From the sequence record MG488277: a stretch of 39,919 nucleotides of DNA. One strand, written 5' to 3'. The stretch comes from Escherichia phage EG1. Positions 18,525 to 27,960 of this stretch are shown here, one piece after another. The first letter of the stretch is position 1, and each line of letters starts with the position of its first letter. A program made the position numbers and the translations under genes. The notes below the pieces were generated by a model. It was not told where the DNA came from. It did not search any database and was given only the letters and a program-made list of their open reading frames with translations.

Positions 18525-18590
18525 TAAACTCAAGGTCCCTAAATTAATACGACTCACTATAGGGAGATAGGGGCCTTTATGATTATTACT
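18521..18590 (+). promoter_or_regulatory. R6.5: RNase III site R6.5 with embedded promoter
   Basis: gtgataaactcaaggtccc...ggggcctttatgattattac flanking the phi6.5 promoter, as in T7. Confidence 0.7.
18545..18567 (+). promoter_or_regulatory. phi6.5: T7-RNAP class III promoter phi6.5
   Basis: taatacgactcactataGGGAGA. Confidence 0.95.
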
Positions 18591-18621
18591 TTAAGATTTA
18601 ACTCTAAGAGGAATCTTTATT

Positions 18622-18876
18622 ATGCTAACACCTATTAACCATTTACTTAAGAACCCTAACGATATTCCAGACGTGCCTCGTGCAACCGCTGAGTATCTAC
18701 AGGTTCGATTCAACCATGCGTACCTCGAAGCGTCTGGTCATATAGGATTTATGCGTGCTAGTGGTTGTAGTGAAGCCCACATCTTGGGTTTCATTCAGGG
18801 CCTACAGTATGCCTCTAACATCATTGACGAGATTGAGATGCGCAAGGAACAACTAAGAGAGGATGGGGAGGATTGA
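18622..18876 (+). CDS. 6.5: gp6.5-like protein
   Basis: 84 aa. Confidence 0.85.
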   Translation: MLTPINHLLKNPNDIPDVPRATAEYLQVRFNHAYLEASGHIGFMRASGCSEAHILGFIQGLQYASNIIDEIEMRKEQLREDGED

Positions 18877-18880
18877 CCTT

Positions 18881-19147
18881 ATGTGTTTCTCACCGAAAGT
18901 TAAAGTTCCGAAGATGAATACCAATCAGGTTCGAGCCGTTGAACCAGCACCTCTGACCCAAGAAGTCTCAGGCGTAGAATTCGGTGGGTCTTCTGATGAG
19001 ACGGATACCGAGGGCACCGAAGTGTCTGGACGCAAAGACCTCAAGGTCGAACGCGACGATTCCGTAGCGAAGTCTAAAGCCGCTGGTTCTGGCTCTGCTC
19101 GTATGAAGTCTTCAATCCGTAAGTCTGCATTCGGAGGTAAGAAGTAA
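18881..19147 (+). CDS. 6.7: gp6.7 virion protein
   Basis: 88 aa from MCFSPKVKVPKMNTNQVRAVEPAPL... Confidence 0.8.
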   Translation: MCFSPKVKVPKMNTNQVRAVEPAPLTQEVSGVEFGGSSDETDTEGTEVSGRKDLKVERDDSVAKSKAAGSGSARMKSSIRKSAFGGKK

Positions 19148-19548
19148 TGTCTGAGTTCACATGTGTGGAAGCCAAAAGTCGCTTCCGTGCAATCCAATGG
19201 GCTGTAGAGCACCTTGGGTTGCCTAAGGGATTCGAAGGACACTTTATTGGTTACAGTCTCTACGTTGATGAAGTTATGGACATGTCTGGTTGTCGTGAGG
19301 AGTACATTCTTGACTCTACAGGAAAACATGTAGCGTACTTCGCGTGGTGCGTAAGCTGTGACATTCACCACAAAGGTGACATTCTGGATGTAACGTCCGT
19401 TGTTATTAATCCTGAGGAGGACTCTAAGGGATTACAGCGATTCCTAGCGAAACGCTTTAAGTGCCTTGCAGAACTCAATGATTGCGACTGGGTGTCTCGT
19501 TGTAAGCATGAAGGCGAGACAATGCGTGTATACTTTAAGGAGGTATAA
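19147..19548 (+). CDS. 7: gp7-like protein
   Basis: 133 aa. Confidence 0.85.
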   Translation: MSEFTCVEAKSRFRAIQWAVEHLGLPKGFEGHFIGYSLYVDEVMDMSGCREEYILDSTGKHVAYFAWCVSCDIHHKGDILDVTSVVINPEEDSKGLQRFLAKRFKCLAELNDCDWVSRCKHEGETMRVYFKEV

Positions 19549-19551
19549 GTT

Positions 19552-19869
19552 ATGGGTAAGAAAATTAAGAAGGCCGTGAAGAGAGTCACTAAGTCAGTTA
19601 AGAAAGCCGTGAAGAAAGTTACCAAGGAAGTGACCCGTCCGGTTAAACAGATTGCTGGTGGTCTGGCTGGTGGCGCTGGTGAAGCGCAGGTAGTTGAAGT
19701 TCCACAGGCAGCTGCTGCAACTCCTGCTGCACAGATTGTTGACGTACCTGAGAAAGAGGTCTCCACTGAGGACGAAGCACAGACCGAAAGCGGACGTAAG
19801 AAAGCCCGTGCTGGCGGTAAGAAGTCCTTAAGTGTGGCTCGTAGCTCCGGTGGCGGCATAAATATTTAA
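19552..19869 (+). CDS. 7.3: gp7.3 tail/adsorption protein
   Basis: 105 aa, Lys/Ala/Val-rich. Confidence 0.85.
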   Translation: MGKKIKKAVKRVTKSVKKAVKKVTKEVTRPVKQIAGGLAGGAGEAQVVEVPQAAAATPAAQIVDVPEKEVSTEDEAQTESGRKKARAGGKKSLSVARSSGGGINI

Positions 19870-19883
19870 ACAGGAGGTGACAC

Positions 19884-21494
19884 ATGGCTGAGAAGCGCAC
19901 AGGTCTAGCCGAGGAAGGAGCAAAGTCGGTCTATGAGCGATTGAAGAACGACCGTGCTCCATATGAGACTCGCGCCCAAAACTGCGCTCAGTACACCATT
20001 CCGTCCCTCTTCCCTAAGGACTCCGACAACGCATCTACAGACTACACAACTCCGTGGCAAGCTGTAGGTGCTCGCGGTCTCAATAACTTGGCCTCTAAGC
20101 TCATGCTGGCTCTCTTCCCGATGCAAACGTGGATGAAACTGACCATCTCTGAGTTTGAGGCCAAACAGTTACTGGATGACCCCGATGGACTCGCTAAGGT
20201 TGATGAGGGCCTCTCAATGGTAGAGCGTATCATCATGAACTACATTGAGTCTAACAGCTACCGAGTGACCCTCTTTGAGGCGCTCAAGCAGTTAGTCGTT
20301 GCTGGTAACGTCCTACTGTATCTACCGGAACCGGAAGGCTCTAACTACAACCCCATGAAGCTGTACCGATTGTCTTCTTATGTGGTCCAACGAGACGCAT
20401 TCGGCAACGTTCTGCAAATGGTGACTCGCGACCAGATAGCTTTCGGGGCACTCCCTGAGGACATACGTAATGCTGTAGAAGGTCAAGGTGGTGAGAAGAA
20501 ACCTGATGAGACCATCGACGTGTACACCCACATCTATCTGGATGAGGACTCAGGTGAATACCTCCGATACGAAGAGGTAGAGGGTATGGAAGTACAAGGC
20601 TCCGATGGGTCTTACCCTAAAGAGGCTTGTCCGTACATCCCGATTCGAATGGTTCGACTAGATGGTGAATCCTACGGTCGTTCGTACATTGAGGAATACC
20701 TCGGTGACTTACGGTCCCTTGAGAATCTCCAAGAAGCTATCGTTAAGATGTCCATGATTAGCTCTAAGGTTATCGGCTTAGTGAATCCTGCTGGTATTAC
20801 CCAGCCACGCCGACTTACTAAAGCTCAGACTGGTGACTTCGTTACCGGTCGTCCAGAAGACATCTCATTCCTACAGCTGGAGAAGCAAGCAGACTTCACT
20901 GTGGCTAAGGCCGTCAGTGACGCTATCGAGGCTCGACTTTCGTTTGCCTTCATGTTGAACTCTGCGGTTCAGCGCACTGGTGAACGTGTGACCGCCGAAG
21001 AGATTCGGTACGTTGCGTCAGAACTTGAAGATACTTTAGGTGGTGTCTACTCTATCCTTTCTCAAGAATTACAATTGCCTCTGGTACGAGTGCTATTGAA
21101 GCAACTACAAGCCACGCAACAGATTCCTGAGTTACCTAAGGAAGCAGTAGAGCCAACTATTAGTACAGGTCTGGAAGCAATCGGTCGTGGTCAAGACCTT
21201 GATAAACTGGAACGCTGTGTCTCTGCATGGGCTGCTCTGGCCCCTATGCGTGATGACCCAGATATTAACCTTGCGATGATTAAGTTACGCATTGCTAACG
21301 CTATCGGCATTGACACTTCTGGTATCCTTCTTACAGAAGAGCAGAAGCAACAGAAGATGGCTCAACAGTCTGTGCAAATGGGTATGGATAATGGTGCTGC
21401 TGCGCTTGGGCAAGGTATGGCTGCACAGGCTACAGCTTCACCTGAGGCTATGGCTGCTGCCGCTGATTCCGTGGGTTTACAGCCGGGAATTTAA
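19884..21494 (+). CDS. 8: Head-tail connector (portal) protein (gene 8)
   Basis: 536 aa, same length as T7 gp8. Confidence 0.95.
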   Translation: MAEKRTGLAEEGAKSVYERLKNDRAPYETRAQNCAQYTIPSLFPKDSDNASTDYTTPWQAVGARGLNNLASKLMLALFPMQTWMKLTISEFEAKQLLDDPDGLAKVDEGLSMVERIIMNYIESNSYRVTLFEALKQLVVAGNVLLYLPEPEGSNYNPMKLYRLSSYVVQRDAFGNVLQMVTRDQIAFGALPEDIRNAVEGQGGEKKPDETIDVYTHIYLDEDSGEYLRYEEVEGMEVQGSDGSYPKEACPYIPIRMVRLDGESYGRSYIEEYLGDLRSLENLQEAIVKMSMISSKVIGLVNPAGITQPRRLTKAQTGDFVTGRPEDISFLQLEKQADFTVAKAVSDAIEARLSFAFMLNSAVQRTGERVTAEEIRYVASELEDTLGGVYSILSQELQLPLVRVLLKQLQATQQIPELPKEAVEPTISTGLEAIGRGQDLDKLERCVSAWAALAPMRDDPDINLAMIKLRIANAIGIDTSGILLTEEQKQQKMAQQSVQMGMDNGAAALGQGMAAQATASPEAMAAAADSVGLQPGI

Positions 21495-21514
21495 TACGAC
21501 TCACTATAGGGAGA
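21492..21514 (+). promoter_or_regulatory. phi9: T7-RNAP class III promoter phi9
   Basis: taatacgactcactataGGGAGA. Confidence 0.95.
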
Positions 21515-21599
21515 CCATCCAGATTGAGTGAGGTCTGGTCTCAAGGTTCGAGTCCTTGGGTGTCCCTTAGTTCTTTAAATTGGAATGGAGATAACAATA

Positions 21600-22514
21600 A
21601 TGGCTGAATCTAATGCTGATGTATATGCGTCCTTCGGCGTAAACTCCGCTGTGATGTCTGGTGGTTCCGTTGAGGAACATGAACAGAATATGCTGGCTCT
21701 TGATGTTGCTGCCCGTGATGGCGATGATGCAATCGAGTTAGCGTCCGACGAAGAGGAAACTGAACGTGACCTGTATGACAACTCTGACCCATTCGGTCAA
21801 GAGGATGATGAGGGACGCATTCAGGTTCGCATTGGTGATGGTTCTGAGCCGACTGATGTGGACACTGGGGAAGACGATTTTGAGGGCACAGAGGAGTTTA
21901 CCCCGCTGGGAGAGACTCCAGAAGAACTGGTAGCCGCCTCTGAGCAACTTGGTGAGCACGAAGAGGGCTTCCAAGAGATGATTAACATTGCTGCCGAGCG
22001 TGGCATGAGTGCTGAGACCATTGAGGCAATCCAGCGTGAGTACGAGGAGAACGAAGAGTTATCCGATGCGTCATACGCTAAGCTGGCTGAAATTGGTTAC
22101 ACCAAGGCTTTCATTGACTCATACATCCGTGGTCAAGAAGCTCTGGTTGAGCAGTACGTAAACAGTGTGATTGAGTATGCTGGTGGTCGTGAGCGTTTTG
22201 ATGTACTGTACAGTCACCTTGAGACTCACAACCCTGAGGCTGCACAATCGCTGGACAATGCGCTGACCAATCGCGACTTAGCGACCGTTAAGGCTATCAT
22301 CAACTTGGCTGGAGAGTCTCGTGCTAAGGCGTTCGGTCGTAAGCCGACTCGTAGTGTAACCAGTCGAGCTATTCCGGCTAAACCCCAAGCGACTAAGCGT
22401 GAGGGCTTTGCTGACCGTAGCGAGATGATTAAGGCTATGAGTGACCCTCGGTATCGCACCGATGCAAACTATCGTCGTCAAGTCGAACAGAAAGTGATCG
22501 ATTCGAACTTCTGA
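21600..22514 (+). CDS. 9: Capsid assembly (scaffolding) protein (gene 9)
   Basis: 304 aa from MAESNADVYASFG..., acidic. Confidence 0.9.
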   Translation: MAESNADVYASFGVNSAVMSGGSVEEHEQNMLALDVAARDGDDAIELASDEEETERDLYDNSDPFGQEDDEGRIQVRIGDGSEPTDVDTGEDDFEGTEEFTPLGETPEELVAASEQLGEHEEGFQEMINIAAERGMSAETIEAIQREYEENEELSDASYAKLAEIGYTKAFIDSYIRGQEALVEQYVNSVIEYAGGRERFDVLYSHLETHNPEAAQSLDNALTNRDLATVKAIINLAGESRAKAFGRKPTRSVTSRAIPAKPQATKREGFADRSEMIKAMSDPRYRTDANYRRQVEQKVIDSNF

Positions 22515-22526
22515 TAGACGCTAAAT

Positions 22527-22549
22527 TAATACGACTCACTATAGGGAGA
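22527..22549 (+). promoter_or_regulatory. phi10: T7-RNAP class III promoter phi10
   Basis: taatacgactcactataGGGAGACCACAACGGTTTCCCTCTAGAAA...AAGGAG. Confidence 0.95.
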
Positions 22550-22607
22550 CCACAACGGTTTCCCTCTAGAAATCATTCTTGTGTAACTTTAAGAAGGAGA
22601 CATACAT

Positions 22608-23639
22608 ATGGCTAATATGACTGGTGGACAGCAACTGGGTACTAACCAAGGTAAAGGTGCAAGTGCTACTGATAAACTGGCGTTGTTCTTGAAGGTATTT
22701 GGTGGTGAAGTTCTGACTGCATTCGCTCGCACCTCTGTGACCACTTCCCGCCACATGGTTCGTTCAATCTCCAGTGGTAAATCCGCTCAGTTCCCTGTAC
22801 TGGGCCGTACTCAGGCAGCGTATCTGGCTCCGGGTGAGAACCTCGACGATAAACGTAAAGACATCAAACACACCGAGAAGGTAATCACCATTGACGGTCT
22901 CCTGACGGCTGACGTTCTGATTTACGATATTGAGGATGCGATGAACCACTACGACGTTCGCTCCGAGTACACCTCTCAGTTAGGTGAATCTCTGGCGATG
23001 GCTGCTGATGGTGCAGTTCTGGCTGAGATTGCAGGCTTGTGTAACTTGTCGAGCACCTCTGATGAGAACATTACAGGTCTAGGCTCTGCCACTGTGATTG
23101 AGACCACTCAGGCCAAGTCTGTAATCACCGACCAAGTTGCTCTGGGTAAGGAGATTATTGCGGCTCTGACCAAGGCTCGCGCTGCTCTAACCAAGAACTA
23201 TGTTCCGGCTGCTGACCGTGTGTTCTACTGCGACCCTGATAGCTACTCTGCGATTCTGGCAGCACTGATGCCTAACGCGGCAAACTACGCTGCTCTGATT
23301 GACCCTGAGAAGGGTTCTATCCGCAACGTCATGGGCTTTGAGGTTGTAGAGGTCCCGCACCTCACCGCTGGTGGCGCTGGTACTACTCGTGAGGATGCTA
23401 CGGGCCAGAAGCACGCCTTCCCAGCCACTGCGAGTGGTGACGACAAGGTTGCTAAGGACAACGTTATCGGCCTGTTCATGCACCGCTCTGCGGTAGGTAC
23501 TGTTAAATTGCGTGACTTGGCTCTGGAGCGCGCTCGCCGTGCTAACTTCCAAGCTGACCAGATTATCGCTAAGTACGCTATGGGCCACGGTGGTCTACGC
23601 CCAGAAGCTGCTGGTGCGGTGGTTTTCGCGGCGGAGTAA
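22608..23639 (+). CDS. 10A: Major capsid protein 10A
   Basis: 343 aa MANMTGGQQLGTNQGKGASATDKLALFLKVFGGEVLTAFARTSV... Confidence 0.97.
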   Translation: MANMTGGQQLGTNQGKGASATDKLALFLKVFGGEVLTAFARTSVTTSRHMVRSISSGKSAQFPVLGRTQAAYLAPGENLDDKRKDIKHTEKVITIDGLLTADVLIYDIEDAMNHYDVRSEYTSQLGESLAMAADGAVLAEIAGLCNLSSTSDENITGLGSATVIETTQAKSVITDQVALGKEIIAALTKARAALTKNYVPAADRVFYCDPDSYSAILAALMPNAANYAALIDPEKGSIRNVMGFEVVEVPHLTAGGAGTTREDATGQKHAFPATASGDDKVAKDNVIGLFMHRSAVGTVKLRDLALERARRANFQADQIIAKYAMGHGGLRPEAAGAVVFAAE

Positions 23640-23797
23640 TGCTGGAAGTGGCCTCAACGGTCGCTGCTAGTCCCGAAGAGGTGAGTGTTACTTCAACCGA
23701 AGAAACCTTAACGCCAGCACAGAAGGCCGCACGCACACGCGCTGCCAACAAAGCCCGAAAGGAAGCCGAGTTGGCTGCTGCTACCGCTGCTGAGTAA
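22608..23797 (+). CDS. 10B: Minor capsid protein 10B via -1 frameshift near the end of 10A
   Basis: GGTTTTC slippery run at 23621-23627; the -1 frame stays open to TAA at 23795-23797. Confidence 0.7.
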
Positions 23798-23800
23798 TAA

Positions 23801-23848
23801 CTAGCATAACCCCTTGGGGCCTCTAAACGGGTCTTGAGGGGTTTTTTG
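23801..23848 (+). terminator. Tphi: Late terminator Tphi
   Basis: ctagcataaccccttggggcctctaaacgggtcttgaggggttttttg. Confidence 0.95.
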
Positions 23849-23865
23849 CTTAAAGGAGGAACTAT

Positions 23866-24456
23866 ATGCGCTCATACGATATGAACGTTGAGACTGCCGC
23901 TGAGTTATCCGCTGTGAACGACATTCTGGCATCTATCGGTGAACCTCCGGTATCAACGCTGGAAGGTGACTCTAACGCAGACGTAGCGAACGCTCGTCGT
24001 ATTCTCAATAAGATTAACAGACAGATTCAGTCACGCGGGTGGACGTTCAATATTGAGGAAGGCATAACGCTATTACCTGATGTTTACTCCAACCTGATTG
24101 TATACAGTGATGATTATTTGTCCCTAATGGCTACTTCCGGTCAATCCGTCTACGTTAACCGAGGTGGCTATGTGTATGACCGAACGAGCCAGACAGACCG
24201 CTTTGACTCTGGCATTACAGTGAACATTATTCGCCTTCGGGACTACGATGAGATGCCTGAGTGCTTCCGCTACTGGATTGTCACTAAGGCTTCCCGTCAG
24301 TTCAACAACCGATTCTTCGGGGCACCAGAAGTAGAAGGTGTACTCCAAGAAGAGGAAGATGAGGCTCGACGGCTCTGCATGGAGTACGAAGTTGACTACG
24401 GTGGGTACAACATGCTGGATGGTGATGCGTTCACTTCTGGTCTACTGACTCGCTAA
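23866..24456 (+). CDS. 11: Tail tubular protein A (gene 11)
   Basis: 196 aa. Confidence 0.95.
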   Translation: MRSYDMNVETAAELSAVNDILASIGEPPVSTLEGDSNADVANARRILNKINRQIQSRGWTFNIEEGITLLPDVYSNLIVYSDDYLSLMATSGQSVYVNRGGYVYDRTSQTDRFDSGITVNIIRLRDYDEMPECFRYWIVTKASRQFNNRFFGAPEVEGVLQEEEDEARRLCMEYEVDYGGYNMLDGDAFTSGLLTR

Positions 24457-24477
24457 TTAATAAATAAGGAGGCTCTA

Positions 24478-26862
24478 ATGGCGCTCATTAGCCAATCAAT
24501 CAAGAACTTGAAGGGTGGTATCAGCCAACAGCCTGACATCCTTCGCTATCCAGACCAAGGGTCACGCCAAGTTAACGGTTGGTCTTCGGAGACCGAGGGC
24601 CTCCAAAAGCGTCCACCAATGGTTTTCATTAAGACACTTGGAGACAGAGGTGCGTTAGGTCAAGCTCCGTACATCCATCTGATTAACCGTGATGAGAACG
24701 AACAGTATTACGCTGTGTTCACTGGTAATGGAATCCGTGTGTTTGACCTTGCTGGTAATGAGAAGCAAGTTAGGTATCCTAACGGCTCCGACTACATCAA
24801 GACCTCTAATCCACGTAACGACCTGCGAATGGTTACTGTAGCAGACTACACGTTCGTCGTTAACCGTAACGTTGCTGTACAGAAGAACACAACGTCTGTA
24901 AACTTACCGAATTACAACCCTAAGCGAGACGGATTGATTAACGTCCGTGGTGGTCAATACGGCAGGGAACTAATTGTACACATTAACGGTAAAGATGTTG
25001 CGAAGTATAAAATCCCAGATGGTAGTCAACCGGCACACGTAAACAATACGGATGCCCAATGGTTAGCCGAAGAGTTAGCCAAGCAAATGCGCACTAACTT
25101 GTCTGGTTGGGCTGTAAATGTGGGGCAAGGGTTCATACATGTGGCAGCGCCTAGCGGTCAACAGATTGACTCCTTCACGACTAAAGATGGCTACGCAGAC
25201 CAGTTGATTAACCCTGTGACCCACTACGCTCAGTCGTTCTCTAAGTTGCCACCTAATGCTCCTAACGGCTACATGGTGAAAGTCGTAGGGGACGCATCTA
25301 GGTCTGCCGACCAGTATTATGTTCGGTATGACGCTGAGCGGAAAGTTTGGGTTGAGACTTTGGGTTGGAACACTGAGAACCAAGTACGATGGGAAACAAT
25401 GCCACACGCTCTTGTGCGAGCCGCTGACGGTAATTTCGACTTCAAGTGGCTTGAGTGGTCTCCTAAGTCTTGTGGTGACATTGACACCAACCCTTGGCCT
25501 TCTTTTGTTGGTTCAAGCATTAACGATGTGTTCTTCTTCCGTAACCGCTTAGGATTCCTTAGTGGTGAGAACATCATATTGAGCCGTACAGCCAAATACT
25601 TCAACTTCTACCCTGCGTCCGTTGCGAACCTTAGCGATGACGACCCTATAGATGTAGCTGTGAGTACCAACCGAATATCAGTCCTTAAGTACGCCGTTCC
25701 GTTCTCAGAAGAGTTACTAATCTGGTCCGATGAAGCACAATTCGTCCTGACAGCTTCTGGCACTCTCACGTCGAAGTCGGTTGAGTTGAACCTAACGACT
25801 CAGTTTGACGTACAGGACCGAGCGAGACCTTATGGTATTGGGCGTAATGTCTACTTTGCTAGTCCGAGGTCCAGCTACACGTCCATCCACAGGTACTACG
25901 CTGTGCAGGACGTAAGTTCCGTTAAGAACGCGGAGGACATTACAGCACACGTTCCTAACTACATCCCTAATGGTGTGTTCAGCATTTGCGGTAGTGGCAC
26001 TGAAAACTTCTGTTCGGTACTATCTCATGGGGACCCAAGCAAAATCTTCATGTACAAATTCCTGTACCTGAACGAAGAGCTAAGACAACAGTCATGGTCT
26101 CACTGGGACTTTGGGGCAAACGTGCAGGTTCTAGCTTGTCAGAGTATCAGCTCAGATATGTATGTTATCCTTCGTAATGAGTTCAATACGTTCCTAACTA
26201 AAATCTCTTTTACTAAGAACGCCATTGACTTACAAGGAGAACCTTACCGTGCCTTTATGGACATGAAGATTCGCTATACAATTCCTAGTGGAACATACAA
26301 CGATGACACCTATAATACCTCGATTCACCTACCAACAATCTACGGTGCAAACTTCGGGAGGGGTAGAATCACGGTACTGGAGCCTGACGGTAAGATAACT
26401 GTGTTTGAGCAACCTACGGCTGGGTGGAAAAGCGACCCTTGGTTGAGACTCGACGGTAACTTAGAGGGACGAATGGTGTACATTGGGTTCAACATCGACT
26501 TCGTATACGAGTTCTCTAAGTTCCTCATCAAGCAAACTGCCGACGATGGGTCTTCCTCCACGGAAGACATTGGGCGCTTGCAGTTACGCCGAGCGTGGGT
26601 GAACTATGAGAACTCTGGGGCGTTCGACATTTATGTTGAGAACCAATCGTCCAACTGGAAGTATTCAATGGCTGGTGCTCGCTTAGGCTCTAACACTCTG
26701 AGGGCTGGGCGATTGAACTTAGGGACAGGACAATACCGATTCCCTGTGGTTGGTAACGCCAAGTTCAATACCGTGTCTATCTTGTCAGATGAGACTACCC
26801 CGCTGAACATCATTGGTTGTGGCTGGGAAGGTAACTACTTACGGAGAAGTTCCGGTATTTAA
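24478..26862 (+). CDS. 12: Tail tubular protein B (gene 12)
   Basis: 794 aa. Confidence 0.95.
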   Translation: MALISQSIKNLKGGISQQPDILRYPDQGSRQVNGWSSETEGLQKRPPMVFIKTLGDRGALGQAPYIHLINRDENEQYYAVFTGNGIRVFDLAGNEKQVRYPNGSDYIKTSNPRNDLRMVTVADYTFVVNRNVAVQKNTTSVNLPNYNPKRDGLINVRGGQYGRELIVHINGKDVAKYKIPDGSQPAHVNNTDAQWLAEELAKQMRTNLSGWAVNVGQGFIHVAAPSGQQIDSFTTKDGYADQLINPVTHYAQSFSKLPPNAPNGYMVKVVGDASRSADQYYVRYDAERKVWVETLGWNTENQVRWETMPHALVRAADGNFDFKWLEWSPKSCGDIDTNPWPSFVGSSINDVFFFRNRLGFLSGENIILSRTAKYFNFYPASVANLSDDDPIDVAVSTNRISVLKYAVPFSEELLIWSDEAQFVLTASGTLTSKSVELNLTTQFDVQDRARPYGIGRNVYFASPRSSYTSIHRYYAVQDVSSVKNAEDITAHVPNYIPNGVFSICGSGTENFCSVLSHGDPSKIFMYKFLYLNEELRQQSWSHWDFGANVQVLACQSISSDMYVILRNEFNTFLTKISFTKNAIDLQGEPYRAFMDMKIRYTIPSGTYNDDTYNTSIHLPTIYGANFGRGRITVLEPDGKITVFEQPTAGWKSDPWLRLDGNLEGRMVYIGFNIDFVYEFSKFLIKQTADDGSSSTEDIGRLQLRRAWVNYENSGAFDIYVENQSSNWKYSMAGARLGSNTLRAGRLNLGTGQYRFPVVGNAKFNTVSILSDETTPLNIIGCGWEGNYLRRSSGI

Positions 26863-26892
26863 TTAAACGTTCTCCCTGTGGTGGCTCGAAAT

Positions 26893-26915
26893 TAATACGA
26901 CTCACTATAGGGAGA
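26893..26915 (+). promoter_or_regulatory. phi13: T7-RNAP class III promoter phi13
   Basis: taatacgactcactataGGGAGA. Confidence 0.95.
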
Positions 26916-26942
26916 ACAATACGACTACGGGAGGGTTTTCTT

Positions 26943-27359
26943 ATGATGATTATAAGACCTACTAAAAGTACAGACTTTGAGGTATTCACTCCGGCTCACC
27001 ATGACATTCTTGAAGCTAAGGCTGCTGGTATTGAGCCGAGTTTCCCTGATGCTTCCGAGTGTGTCACGTTGAGCCTCTATGGGTTCCCTCTAGCCATTGG
27101 TGGTAATTGTAGGGACCAGTGCTGGTTCGTTACGAGTGACCAAGTGTGGCGACTTAGTGGAAAAGCTAAGCGAGAGTTCCGTAAGTTAATCATGGAGTAT
27201 CGCGATAAGATGCTTGAGAAGTATGATACGCTTTGGAATTACGTATGGGTAGGCAATACGTCCCACATTCGTTTCCTCAAGACTATCGGTGCGGTATTTC
27301 ATGAAGAGTACACACGAGATGGTAAATTTCAATTATTTACAATAACGAAAGGAGAATAA
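26943..27359 (+). CDS. 13: Internal virion protein gp13
   Basis: 138 aa. Confidence 0.9.
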   Translation: MMIIRPTKSTDFEVFTPAHHDILEAKAAGIEPSFPDASECVTLSLYGFPLAIGGNCRDQCWFVTSDQVWRLSGKAKREFRKLIMEYRDKMLEKYDTLWNYVWVGNTSHIRFLKTIGAVFHEEYTRDGKFQLFTITKGE

Positions 27360-27363
27360 CCAT

Positions 27364-27954
27364 ATGTGTTGGGCAGCCGCAATTCCTATCGCTATAGCTG
27401 GCGCTCAGGCTATCAGTGGTCAGAACGCTCAGGCCAAAATGATTGCCGCTCAGACCGCTGCTGGTCGTCGTCAAGCTATGGAAATCATGAAGCAGACGAA
27501 CATTCAGAATGCTGACCTATCGCTGCAAGCTCGAAGTAAACTTGAGGAAGCGTCCTCTGAGTTGACCTCACAGAACATGCAGAAAGTCCAAGCTCTTGGG
27601 TCTATCCGAGCGGCTATCGGAGAGAGTATGCTTGAAGGTTCCTCAATGGACCGCATTAAGCGAGTCTCAGAAGGTCAGTTCATTCGGGAAGCCAATATGG
27701 TCACGGAGAACTACCGTAGAGACTACCAAGCAATATTCGCACAGCAACTTGGTGGTACTCAAAGTGCTGCAAGTCAGATTGACGAAATCTACAAGGGAGA
27801 ACAGAAACAGAAGAGTAAGCTACAGATGGTTCTTGACCCACTTGCTATCATGGGGTCATCTGCTGCTAGTGCTTACGCGTCTGGGGCGTTCGACTCTAAG
27901 CCAACCACTAAGGCACCTATTGTTGCCGCCAAAGGAACTAAGACGGGGAGGTAA
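27364..27954 (+). CDS. 14: Internal core protein gp14
   Basis: 196 aa. Confidence 0.9.
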   Translation: MCWAAAIPIAIAGAQAISGQNAQAKMIAAQTAAGRRQAMEIMKQTNIQNADLSLQARSKLEEASSELTSQNMQKVQALGSIRAAIGESMLEGSSMDRIKRVSEGQFIREANMVTENYRRDYQAIFAQQLGGTQSAASQIDEIYKGEQKQKSKLQMVLDPLAIMGSSAASAYASGAFDSKPTTKAPIVAAKGTKTGR

Positions 27955-27960
27955 TATTGT

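Noticed and set aside
21536-21575. tRNA-like T-arm motif caaggTTCGAGTccttg in the gene 9 leader
   Set aside because: No acceptor stem, D-arm or anticodon arm can be paired around it; upstream sequence is the phi9 promoter. T7 has an analogous hairpin in this leader, so it is a leader stem-loop, not a tRNA
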